A stretch of 63,992 nucleotides of DNA, the filler included, from a bacterium (GTDB lineage Bacteria; UBA9089; CG2-30-40-21; SBAY01), in the NCBI GenBank assembly GCA_040757115.1. It is 4 parts of 4 records of this genome, joined end to end, with 100 filler letters (N's around TTAATTAATTAA, not from the genome) between each part and the next. Parts side by side here need not be neighbours in the genome. Positions count along the whole stretch, not along the records: positions 32,676 to 48,822 come from JBFLYA010000080.1; 3 more parts are not named here. One strand, given 5' to 3'. Below the pieces are notes generated by a model that did no database searches, had not been told where the DNA came from, and saw only the letters and a list, made by a program, of their open reading frames with translations. Shown one piece after another: positions 39,985 to 48,922 of the stretch (position 1 is its first letter; each line of letters begins with the position of its first letter). Made by a program: the position numbers and the translations under genes.

Positions 39985-41033
39985 TTATATAACTCCATAA
40001 TAGCTTTAACCAAATTTTCTTTTAATTCCGTTAAGTTTGACAATTCATATTTTATTTGAATATTATTAGCTATGTCAGATGCTGATTCTCCCGGAGATTG
40101 ATTTATCAACACCGTTTTTTTGCCTAAGCCAATACCCATGCCATATTCGTAGAGGACATTGGGGTTATTACCTGTTAAATCTACAATTAAAAGTGAAGCT
40201 TCAGAGATACATTGGGATAATGAACTGTCAATTTTACCCGAACGGAGTACGTCGTGTCGTTTACATTGATACTTTGCCGGCAAGTTATAAATACTATTAG
40301 TAAAAATTTCCATAATAGAAGAATATACTTCATCGAATTTTTTACTAAAAGGCATAATTATAAATACTTTATTATTAGTTATTGGTATAGGGGTGCAACG
40401 ATACTTATTCTTTTTCTTAGCCAACTCAATTGCAATATCGACTGCTATTTTCCCTATTTGCTGTTGGTTAGAAATGAGGTTTAGTTTGTCCAAGTCCTCA
40501 ATTTTTTTTGAAATAAAATTGCTTTTATAAAAACAATATGGAGGAGACGGATCGTCAAATCTTGACCTTATGAGATTCCAACATTCAAGGCTGGAACCAC
40601 CTGTAGGCCAAATTGGAATAACTGGCGTTCCAACATTTAAACAAGATTCTATCTCTGCTCCCGTACCCTTGCCTCCTTCTATTGTTATTAGAGAATCTAT
40701 CAAAGAGGCCATAAAAGGTCGTCTTTCAGGTCTCGTTTTACCCTGACAGACAAATTTATTACCTTGAGCTATGGTTGTAAATTTTTGACCTGGAATTTTA
40801 TCATCTGGAAGTATAGAAATGATCCTGTGCTGTTGTTCTATTGTATCGCTTAAAGAATCAGCCGCCTTTTGAGCACAATACTGAGTTAATCCACCTGCGC
40901 ACCCGCCGCTAACAAGTCTATGACCTCTTTTCATTATTTCTTCACCGAGTGTTTCTGCTAATATCTGATATTTAATAGATTTCTCTCGATCACTTGTACC
41001 TGCAAAGCCAATAAAATAACCATTTATTATCAT
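39981..41033 (-). CDS. SLOG (LOG-like) domain fused to a nucleoside-2-deoxyribosyltransferase-like domain
   Basis: LVSGGCAGG, EGGKGTGAEI...PVIPIWPTGGSS; then KVFIIMPF...IVDLTGNNPNVLYEYGMGIG. Confidence 0.8.
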   Translation of the reverse strand: MIINGYFIGFAGTSDREKSIKYQILAETLGEEIMKRGHRLVSGGCAGGLTQYCAQKAADSLSDTIEQQHRIISILPDDKIPGQKFTTIAQGNKFVCQGKTRPERRPFMASLIDSLITIEGGKGTGAEIESCLNVGTPVIPIWPTGGSSLECWNLIRSRFDDPSPPYCFYKSNFISKKIEDLDKLNLISNQQQIGKIAVDIAIELAKKKNKYRCTPIPITNNKVFIIMPFSKKFDEVYSSIMEIFTNSIYNLPAKYQCKRHDVLRSGKIDSSLSQCISEASLLIVDLTGNNPNVLYEYGMGIGLGKKTVLINQSPGESASDIANNIQIKYELSNLTELKENLVKAIMELYK

Positions 41034-41078
41034 AAAAATCTCCTCCTTTTTAATAACCTCTCTCTTATGTAGTCATGA

Positions 41079-41139
41079 TTATAACGCCAGAGTTCAGCCG
41101 TCCCGTTCCAGCGGGGTAGGCTGCAGCGAGTCGTCATCC
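41079..41139 (-). other. Degenerate integron attC site
   Basis: Minus strand GGATGAC-gactc-GCTGCAGCCTACCCCG-ctggaa-CGGGACGGCTGAAC-tctggc-GTTATAA. Confidence 0.65.
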
Positions 41140-42161
41140 ATTGCAGACTCTGGTTCTTTAGGGATAGTAGGAGGCCAGTCTCCTTCTTTAAAACGATTCT
41201 CAATCTTGGCAAAGTCAATTTCTAGCAGACTACGTAGCATGTCTTTATCTTTATACTTACTATCAAGTCTTACTGTCTTTTCACTGCGCCAAGGCTCCTC
41301 AAAATGATTAGCTCTGAATTTCTTAAAAATAGAATTTGGATCTTCTGTATCTTCTATTATTAGGGTGAAGTTGTCGTATACAGGACCGTGTAGAGTGCTA
41401 GCGTTTACCAACATTGCTCTACTTGTAAAGATGGCATATGCCGTTATTACACCTGGATACAAACGGATATTCTTCCGGTCGAGTAGGCCCCCCTTGGGGC
41501 TTTCCTGAGACTCTACGGATTTACCATCGAGGATATCTTTTGCAAGATACTTGAGTGTGCGTTGAATATCTCTAGCTACAGCAGCCCGTTCACGATTCTC
41601 TACTCTCTCTCTAAATTCTCCATAAGCTGGGTGCATTAGCAATGCTCTAATCCTAACATTATTTTCAAGTTTATGTTTGAGTAAGTGGTACAGTTGTTTC
41701 TTTTCTTCGCTTTCCTCTGCTGGGTCAAGTGAACCAAGAAGAGAAGTTCCAACAAAATCAATTGATTTATCTTCTCGCTCAAGCTCGCTCCGGAATTTTT
41801 GCATAGCTGAGGAACGATTGGCAAAAACACCTATTACACCAGCTTCATAAAATATTTGTATTTGCCGAAGTTTTTCTACAGCAACATCAAGATCACTTAT
41901 CGGCTTTTGTAACGCCCTTGCAGCTTCTTTGCTGACCCCTTTTTGAATAAATCCCACGATAATATTCCCTATTGCAGTTACAGCAAGGGCAGCTAAGAAC
42001 GACAGGATGGGTGTGCGATAATTCCCAATAGGAATTTCTGGTGGAACTATCGCAAAGAACACAAAGCCAAGAAGCAACAAAATACCCGAAACAATTAGAA
42101 AGACGTACTCTATTGGCAACTGAGTTCCGCCTCTTTGAATTCCATTTTCTTTTTTCATCAC
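41094..42161 (-). CDS. Two-TM protein with a cytoplasmic PLD/DUF5919-like domain
   Basis: Two N-terminal TM helices; IDFVGTSL...VRIRALLMHP...NIRLYPG...AIFTSRAMLVN...F..PW; no HKD motif. Confidence 0.65.
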   Translation of the reverse strand: MMKKENGIQRGGTQLPIEYVFLIVSGILLLLGFVFFAIVPPEIPIGNYRTPILSFLAALAVTAIGNIIVGFIQKGVSKEAARALQKPISDLDVAVEKLRQIQIFYEAGVIGVFANRSSAMQKFRSELEREDKSIDFVGTSLLGSLDPAEESEEKKQLYHLLKHKLENNVRIRALLMHPAYGEFRERVENRERAAVARDIQRTLKYLAKDILDGKSVESQESPKGGLLDRKNIRLYPGVITAYAIFTSRAMLVNASTLHGPVYDNFTLIIEDTEDPNSIFKKFRANHFEEPWRSEKTVRLDSKYKDKDMLRSLLEIDFAKIENRFKEGDWPPTIPKEPESAMDDDSLQPTPLERDG

Positions 42162-42204
42162 TTAACCTCCCTATTTATAATGGATAGCAAATTTATCCAT
42201 CCCA

Positions 42205-44169
42205 TCATATTTTCAAATTAATTAGCGATTGTTGGTAATCTTTAATCTCACCTTTATCCTTTCCTTCAATGTAGTATCTAATCAATGCGTCTGTGCCGGA
42301 GGCGCGGATAAGAAACCAGAAGTCATCGAACTCCATGTATGTTCCCTCCAATAGCTTGCCCTCGCCTACGAGGCAGACCCGCTTCGGTTTAGGTATAGCC
42401 CTGTCCGCATCAGTCAGCCTTGAGTTAATCTCGTCGTGTATCTCGTCCAGAGATTTTCCGGCTGATGCTTGTTCGGCCAGTTTCTTGAAAAAATTCATGA
42501 TTCTGTCTCTGGTTTGTTCTCCATCAGATTTAGCTTTTTGTAGGTCAGCTCCGGTCAGGCTTTCATCGTATAGCCTTATATCTCTGCGGTCAAAAAATCT
42601 GTTCTGTATGTTATACTTCTCTATCAAGCTGGAGTAGTAATTCGCGAATGACTGATTCGAATTGTATAAATGAGCTGCCAGTGATAATGCCATCAGACCG
42701 AACTGCATGCCATCCTTCTCGCGAAGTGCTATCAGGCCTTTTGAGCCGCTTTCGTTCATGAGTAACTCTATTCCGCCGAAGACGGCACCACCAGACTCTT
42801 CGCACATAATCAAGGCTCGTGGCTTCTCGCCTATGTAAATCTTGTCCCCGATGGCGTTGATGAAGGGTTCATTAGAGTCAGTGCGATTTTCGAGCCATTC
42901 GGAGAAGGTACCCATATATTTAAAACCTACGCGGACATGGGCAACCGGTATATTTTCCTGTGCGGCGAGTTCGCTAATCGAACGGGAAGTAGAAATAGAA
43001 GGGGTAATGAACCAATTGAAAACATTGAGCAATCCAGCCTCCTTCAGAACGCTAATCCGGTAAGCAGTCAGCATAAAAAAGAGCTGGTTGGGCGAAAAAT
43101 AGACAATGGACTTATCTCTACCGGGATACAAATCAACCTTAAGGCCAAGTATCTCAGCCTGTTTGGCTTGTTCCGCAGAGGTTATGGTAACAATATTGAA
43201 CCTATCGCCGTCCGGATCCCAGATGAAAACAATATCTGCCTTGCCATTAAGCAATATCTCCTGGGCGCCAATGTTCTTGTAGACCTCCTGCTTGCTGGGG
43301 TCAGGTCCGAAATGCTTCCCGTCTTTCTCGCCAAGTTGATGGTATTGTGAATCCTCTTCTCCAAAGAGATATTGAATGATGCCATCCTGACCTATGGAGA
43401 TGTCAAGCATCGGGAACAAACGTTCGGTAGTAGCCTTCATTGAACCGCCAACTGTACAAATTGTACATCGGAACCCTTTTTCTTTAGCTCGCTTAATATC
43501 ATCTTTGGATTTGTCAACAATTACTGATTGTTGGTACTTTATATAAGCCTGGTCAACATTGAAATCATAAATAATCTTCTCTTTTAATCCCCATGGCGCA
43601 AGGCTTATTTTTTCCCGGTTGTTGACAATATTCCTTACCTCAGAGATAATTTCTTTTTCTTCTGTGAGGAGCTGTTTGCCGGCTGAGTCCATAGGCTTCC
43701 ATCCCCCTTTAAAAAAAGGCGAATGACTGGCGGTAAGGTTATCCCCACTTTGATATTCCTTATAAAAGGTTCCAAAAGAAGAATACCAGATTGGGGTTGT
43801 TTTAATATCTGCTCTAAGATGTACTTTTATATTGTGAGCGGCATACACTCGGGACAGAAGAGCGATGAAATCCTGGGTATGCGGTCGTGTTTCTCCTCCA
43901 ATGTGCACTTGTCCCTGTTCAAAAGGTGCAAGTTTTCGTTTAAAGACTCTGGCTTTGGCTTCACCCAAAATAGCAATTGTAAGCGAATTAAATGCAACCT
44001 CTGGATCATTAGCGTCTTTTGGGTTTAATTGGTCCCGGTAGCCTGCGGTCATTAAGGAAAACTCCTCTGCCCATTTCTCAAGAGAATATGAGGCAACTAT
44101 TTCTTCAGAGAGTACGATTTCTTGCCACTCTTTTCCATAGGGGTTAATTTCAAGCCTTTTTGAACTCAT
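42205..44169 (-). CDS. Divergent alpha-D-phosphohexomutase (PGM/PMM superfamily)
   Basis: TAGYR, TASHSP, DPDGDRF, VGFKYM, CEESGG, EKDG, RASGT. Confidence 0.88.
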   Translation of the reverse strand: MSSKRLEINPYGKEWQEIVLSEEIVASYSLEKWAEEFSLMTAGYRDQLNPKDANDPEVAFNSLTIAILGEAKARVFKRKLAPFEQGQVHIGGETRPHTQDFIALLSRVYAAHNIKVHLRADIKTTPIWYSSFGTFYKEYQSGDNLTASHSPFFKGGWKPMDSAGKQLLTEEKEIISEVRNIVNNREKISLAPWGLKEKIIYDFNVDQAYIKYQQSVIVDKSKDDIKRAKEKGFRCTICTVGGSMKATTERLFPMLDISIGQDGIIQYLFGEEDSQYHQLGEKDGKHFGPDPSKQEVYKNIGAQEILLNGKADIVFIWDPDGDRFNIVTITSAEQAKQAEILGLKVDLYPGRDKSIVYFSPNQLFFMLTAYRISVLKEAGLLNVFNWFITPSISTSRSISELAAQENIPVAHVRVGFKYMGTFSEWLENRTDSNEPFINAIGDKIYIGEKPRALIMCEESGGAVFGGIELLMNESGSKGLIALREKDGMQFGLMALSLAAHLYNSNQSFANYYSSLIEKYNIQNRFFDRRDIRLYDESLTGADLQKAKSDGEQTRDRIMNFFKKLAEQASAGKSLDEIHDEINSRLTDADRAIPKPKRVCLVGEGKLLEGTYMEFDDFWFLIRASGTDALIRYYIEGKDKGEIKDYQQSLINLKI

Positions 44170-44189
44170 TATCTTCCTCCAAAAAAAAA

Positions 44190-45038
44190 TTAATCTATGA
44201 ATTTAAGTTCATGAAGTTTATCTATCGTTTCGCGCCAGGAACTTATTTGAATCGCTTCTACTGGACATCTGGACTCTGAAGGCCATGCTTTAATAAACTC
44301 ATTGATAGCCGCATCGTTTCCACCTTCAAACAAGGCGTCACCCATGAACACAACTCTTTGGAAGCCTTTTTTCAATAATGTGCGTATTGGTTTGGTTTTA
44401 TCTTCACCAACTATACCTATATCAAAAGATGTTTGGCCACCAAAGGTAATTTTTAGCTGTTTTTCATTTATCAAGGAGGACAACTCCTGATTAAGATGTT
44501 CTAAAACTTTTTTTCTGTAATCATTTGCTCGATCGAACGCTACGAAATTATCTCTGTTGTTTTTACCCTCTGTGTCCTCCTGCTCCATTCTGCCAATAGG
44601 GCATAGGTTTATCATTGATACTCTATCGACTATTCTTCCATCGCGTATCTTTAGCGAAGGTGGTAAGCGAAATTTTTCCATTTCTAAAGTTTCGGTCAAT
44701 CTCTTTAATAAGTAATTATAATTGGCCTCGCCAAGATACTTCCTGAGGTTGAACTCTGAAACCAATTTGATTGACATCTCCTTAGAATAATCGCACTGAT
44801 AATGCATAGCGCCGTTACTGAGAAAGGCGTCAAATTGTTTGCGAAAGCCGAGAGCATAAAGTGGTCTAAAAAACTGCTCTTGTAAAAGCGAGAGGTGACT
44901 CCCAGCGGCTACGAAAAAAGGAACGCGTAATCGGCCCAACACCTTCACCATTGATCTGGTAATCGGCTGACGGGGAGGCGTAAGAGTACTATCAATATCG
45001 AAGACTAAAACCGTTTTCATTATTTTTTGAGATATCAT
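44190..45038 (-). CDS. Eukaryote-type phosphomannomutase (HAD-IIB, PMM1/PMM2-like)
   Basis: FDIDSTLTPPRQ, SNG, RVSMINLCPIGR, GGQTSFD, DK, FMGD...GGND. Confidence 0.85.
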   Translation of the reverse strand: MISQKIMKTVLVFDIDSTLTPPRQPITRSMVKVLGRLRVPFFVAAGSHLSLLQEQFFRPLYALGFRKQFDAFLSNGAMHYQCDYSKEMSIKLVSEFNLRKYLGEANYNYLLKRLTETLEMEKFRLPPSLKIRDGRIVDRVSMINLCPIGRMEQEDTEGKNNRDNFVAFDRANDYRKKVLEHLNQELSSLINEKQLKITFGGQTSFDIGIVGEDKTKPIRTLLKKGFQRVVFMGDALFEGGNDAAINEFIKAWPSESRCPVEAIQISSWRETIDKLHELKFID

Positions 45039-45254
45039 TATAACTTTCTTTAGGAGTTACTCCAACTCCTTTTCTCTCTGGAACACCGTAAGCAAGTCTA
45101 CATGGGACAATACGCTCCTCTTTGTATTCTATCCGATGACATCATTTCCTCAATAGATTTTAAAATCACTTTCCTGGAAAATCTGACGATGGTTACCTCG
45201 GTGTTATACAGTGCGGTACCTAATTACTACCAGTGATATCCGAACCCTACACAT

Positions 45255-45284
45255 ATTCTACAACATCCCTATCCATTTTGTCAA
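45255..45284 (-). promoter_or_regulatory. Putative promoter of the 7-gene island
   Basis: TTGACA-18 bp-TAGAAT, about 215 nt upstream of 45038. Confidence 0.5.
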
Positions 45285-45361
45285 GGATTAATTCTGAAAC
45301 GGGTGGATGTAATAAATATGGGTAACTTTTTTTACCACAAAGGCACAAAGACATAATATTT

Positions 45362-46786
45362 TTAAGTTCCTTTAATAAATTTACTGCCCGACTCAAGCAT
45401 CTTCTCTAACTTATGGTTATTATTTGTTTCAGCATAACATCTTATCACAGGCTCTGTTTGGGAAGCTCTTAGCGTTACCCAACTGCCGTCTTCAAGGATA
45501 AATTTATTTTCTGAGACAACTCTTTTTACAGCAATACCTGCAAATTCAGTTGGTGGATTATTTGTTAATTTCATTAAAAACAACTCTCTTTCTTTGTCTG
45601 TTACATAAAGACTCATCTTTTTATAAAAAAATGTACCAAATTCTGCGTAAAGTTCTTGCAAAATTTTACTTAAAGGTTTTTTTTCTACCGCCACCATTTC
45701 TGCCATCAAAAGGCAGCCTAAAATTCCATCCTTTTCCGGGATATGACCTTTAACCGCCATTCCACCGCTTTCTTCTCCTCCAATAATTGCCCCTTCCTGT
45801 ATGGCTTCTCCTATATATTTAAATCCAATGGAGGTTTCAATAAGAGAGCAGTGGTATTTCTTACAGATAGCATCAACAAGATGCGTAACAGTTATAGTTT
45901 TGGCGACTTTGCCTTTCCATCCCTTTGTTTTTAAAAGATAGAAAAGAATCAGAGCAAAAACCTTATTGGGGTCAAGATAAATTCCTTTTTCATCAACAAC
46001 TCCAAATCTATCCGCATCTCCATCCGTAGCCAGTCCCAGGTGAGCAGAGTTTTTGACTACAAGCTCAGCCGTATCTTTCAATGTTACTTCAGAAGGATCA
46101 GGCGGGCTACCTCCAAAAAGCGGGTCCATTTTTGTATTCAAGGCTATGCACTCACATCCTATCTCCTTAAAGATTCTCTCTAAATAGCCACATGCTGTAC
46201 CATGCATAGGGTTGATTACTACCTTCAAATTAGCTTTTTTAAACAGATCGATATCAACCAGGGACTTCAGATATTTCAGATAGTCCTCCATTGGATCAAT
46301 GAGACAAATTGATTTAGCCTCGATGCCTTGTTCATAAGAAATCTCTTTCACCTTTTTAAGAGGGAGAGAAAGGAAGCGTTCTTTAATCTCTTTATTAATA
46401 AGTGCGTATTTCCATCCCCCTTTTAGGGTGGAAAAACATTTCATTCCACTATACTCAGGAGGATTATGTGAAGCAGTAATATTAACACCACCACCGCTTT
46501 CTCTTTTTAACAATTCATAGGCAATAACAGGCGTAGGGGTTGGTCGATTAGTCATCCATACCTTAAGGCCATTTCCCGCTAATACAGAAGCCACTATTTG
46601 GGCAAACTTATCTGATAAGAATCTACTGTCGTAGCCAATCACCACGTCTCTTTTGATTTTCGTTCTTTCCTTAATGTAATCAGCTATAGCTTGAGCTAAT
46701 ATTCTAACGCTATCAAAAGTAAAGCCATCACCGATTATTGTTCGCCAGCCATGGCTTTCATGCCATTGACCTCTTATTTGATTCAA
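45362..46786 (-). CDS. Phosphoglucomutase/phosphomannomutase family protein
   Basis: TASHNP, DGDADRF, GFKYI, GEESGG, EKDG, RASQTEP. Confidence 0.93.
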   Translation of the reverse strand: MNQIRGQWHESHGWRTIIGDGFTFDSVRILAQAIADYIKERTKIKRDVVIGYDSRFLSDKFAQIVASVLAGNGLKVWMTNRPTPTPVIAYELLKRESGGGVNITASHNPPEYSGMKCFSTLKGGWKYALINKEIKERFLSLPLKKVKEISYEQGIEAKSICLIDPMEDYLKYLKSLVDIDLFKKANLKVVINPMHGTACGYLERIFKEIGCECIALNTKMDPLFGGSPPDPSEVTLKDTAELVVKNSAHLGLATDGDADRFGVVDEKGIYLDPNKVFALILFYLLKTKGWKGKVAKTITVTHLVDAICKKYHCSLIETSIGFKYIGEAIQEGAIIGGEESGGMAVKGHIPEKDGILGCLLMAEMVAVEKKPLSKILQELYAEFGTFFYKKMSLYVTDKERELFLMKLTNNPPTEFAGIAVKRVVSENKFILEDGSWVTLRASQTEPVIRCYAETNNNHKLEKMLESGSKFIKGT

Positions 46787-46860
46787 AATAGATCTCCTTT
46801 TTTCAAGTTTCTTGTCGGTTAGACTTCCTCCTCTACCAGGCAGAAAAATATGGAATCCTT

Positions 46861-47415
46861 TTAAAATATCTCTTTTAGATTAAAGTTTAGCCCTTTGATT
46901 AACTTTGATTTAACCACATCCCCTATTTTATAAATGCCCGTATCTTCATAGAACTTGCCGGTATGAGAAAATATCTGGAGTGTCTTTTTATCTGCATCGA
47001 CTATCCAGTATTCTTGAACCCGATAGGTCTCATAAAGTCTCTTTTTTAATAGTTTATCCAAATTTTGGGTATAAGGAGAGGTGATTTCGATAATTAAATC
47101 AGGTACACCTTCTATACACTTATCTGTAATGATAGACATCTTTTCCTTAGAGATAAAAAATATATCTGGTTGAACCACATTTTCATCTGATAAAACAACA
47201 TCACAAGGGGCATAAAATACTTCCCCTAAATTACCCCTGGTAACAAATTCATCAATAATTTTACCAAGTTTTCTAATAATCCTTTGATGATACGGAACTG
47301 GTGCTGGACTCATATAAACCTTCCCCTGAATTATTTGATACCTTTTCCCATTATCGGGAAACTGGACATAATCTTGATATGTCCAGTTTTCTTCCTCTGT
47401 GGCTACTGTTGACAT
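46861..47415 (-). CDS. Uma2-family (DUF820) endonuclease-like protein
   Basis: MSPAP..HQ, VVQPDI, PDLIIEITSP, EYWIVD. Confidence 0.92.
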   Translation of the reverse strand: MSTVATEEENWTYQDYVQFPDNGKRYQIIQGKVYMSPAPVPYHQRIIRKLGKIIDEFVTRGNLGEVFYAPCDVVLSDENVVQPDIFFISKEKMSIITDKCIEGVPDLIIEITSPYTQNLDKLLKKRLYETYRVQEYWIVDADKKTLQIFSHTGKFYEDTGIYKIGDVVKSKLIKGLNFNLKEIF

Positions 47416-47445
47416 TGATTTTCCTCCCTGCTTCTCTTAAAGTCT

Positions 47446-47472
47446 CCTGCAAGGTTTGAAAAACCTTGCAGG
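47446..47472. repeat. REP-like palindrome
   Basis: CCTGCAAGGTTT-gaa-AAACCTTGCAGG. Confidence 0.6.
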
Positions 47473-47662
47473 TAGTTGTTTTTTCACTATTTAAGAAGAC
47501 ACTATTACTATAATACACTTTTGCTTTACCAAATTAATCATACTTGTAATGAATTATCAACTTAAAAAATCTTTTTTCATTTATTGATTCTCTATTTCAA
47601 TCTTAACAAAAAAAGAAGAATTTGTCAACAAAGTTTTTCACGAAACCAAAAAGACTCTAATC

Positions 47663-48614
47663 TTAATGGTTATGAAGAACAAAGGTTTTAATTCCGTTGG
47701 AAGTGAGGATATATAACTTATTTTCTTCCATTGTAATATCTTTCGCCCTCTGGACTTTAAAGAAGCCTGGATGATGGTTATCGCAATCAGGGTTCAAATT
47801 CGTATCGAGAATTTGAATACAACCATCCTCATTTAAAGCAATAATATTGTTCTTACCAAAGGATAAATCTATTATTTTTTCTAAACTCTTAGAAGTTGAA
47901 ATCGAAATCTGGCTTTTTACTTTTTTTGTTCGCTTATTTATTTTTCCTATTTTTATCTTTGTCAGTCCCCCATTTTGTCTATCAATGGCACACAGTTCAT
48001 TACCTTTTACCATAATTTTTCCAAATTTTTCATTTGGGTAGGCATCAAGAGTCCAATTTTTGAATAAGTGACTTAAGATATAACATTCAATTCGGACTAC
48101 GGTTGATACATAAAAGTTCTCTTTTTCTATCACTATTCCATTTATTTCTTCCGGTAAAGAGACAAGTGTGCGTAAATATGTTTCTTGTTCTGCGTCTAAC
48201 TTCATAGATATGATTCTTTTCATCCCTATCTATCACATAAATTTTATTGTTGGCTACAGTTAAAGAAACAGGGTTTTTAAATCTGTATGCAATTTGCCCT
48301 ATTTCTATAATGCTCGTAATTCCTGCTTCCTGGATATATTTAGTTCTTTTGAAAGGGACTATTTCGCCTGAGTAAATATCAACTTTGGTAATACCCACAG
48401 GGGTAAGACAATACAGGATAGAGTTATCTATGGTTACATCAAGGGTATCATAAGGCACCGGGATAATTTGTGGAATTTCCTCTATGTTTTTCGCTACCCA
48501 CACTTGCCCTTCTCTATCTACATAAGGATAACTTCTGGATAAGGCTGATGTTGTCCAGTGAAACTCAATAATAATGATGACTACCAAAAGACCAACAACT
48601 TTCCATTTAGTCAT
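47663..48614 (-). pseudogene. Exported beta-rich protein split by a frameshift near 48218
   Basis: Signal peptide and RBS at 48614. Adding one A to the A4 run joins KIYVIDRDEK to RIISMKLD. Confidence 0.6.
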
Positions 48615-48822
48615 TTTTCCTTATACCTCCTCGTATAATATATATTGTTGGTCATTTTGAATGCCACAATCTTAATTCCTTATTAAATCCCCCACGATTG
48701 GGGGTTGGGGGTTGAAAATAAAATTAAAAAATTAATTATTAGTACTGGTAGTGATGTGGAGAGTGTGGGTAACTCCAAAGGAGTTATCCAAGCAATTGTG
48801 GGTAAGTTGTGGACAGCTCTGC

Positions 48823-48922
48823 NNNNNNNNNNNNNNNNNNNNNNNNNNNNNNNNNNNNNNNNNNNNTTAATTAATTAANNNNNNNNNNNNNNNNNNNNNN
48901 NNNNNNNNNNNNNNNNNNNNNN
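48823..48922. other. Artificial contig linker
   Basis: N-run containing TTAATTAATTAA. Confidence 0.95.

Noticed and set aside
45040-45254. Riboswitch in the ~215-nt leader of the island
   Set aside because: I could not recognise any known aptamer consensus; an Rfam/Infernal scan would be needed to decide.
48747-48822. TGTGGGTAA/TTATCCA motifs as DnaA boxes of an origin
   Set aside because: They are degenerate, lie at a contig end without dnaA context, and look more like the end of another palindromic element.
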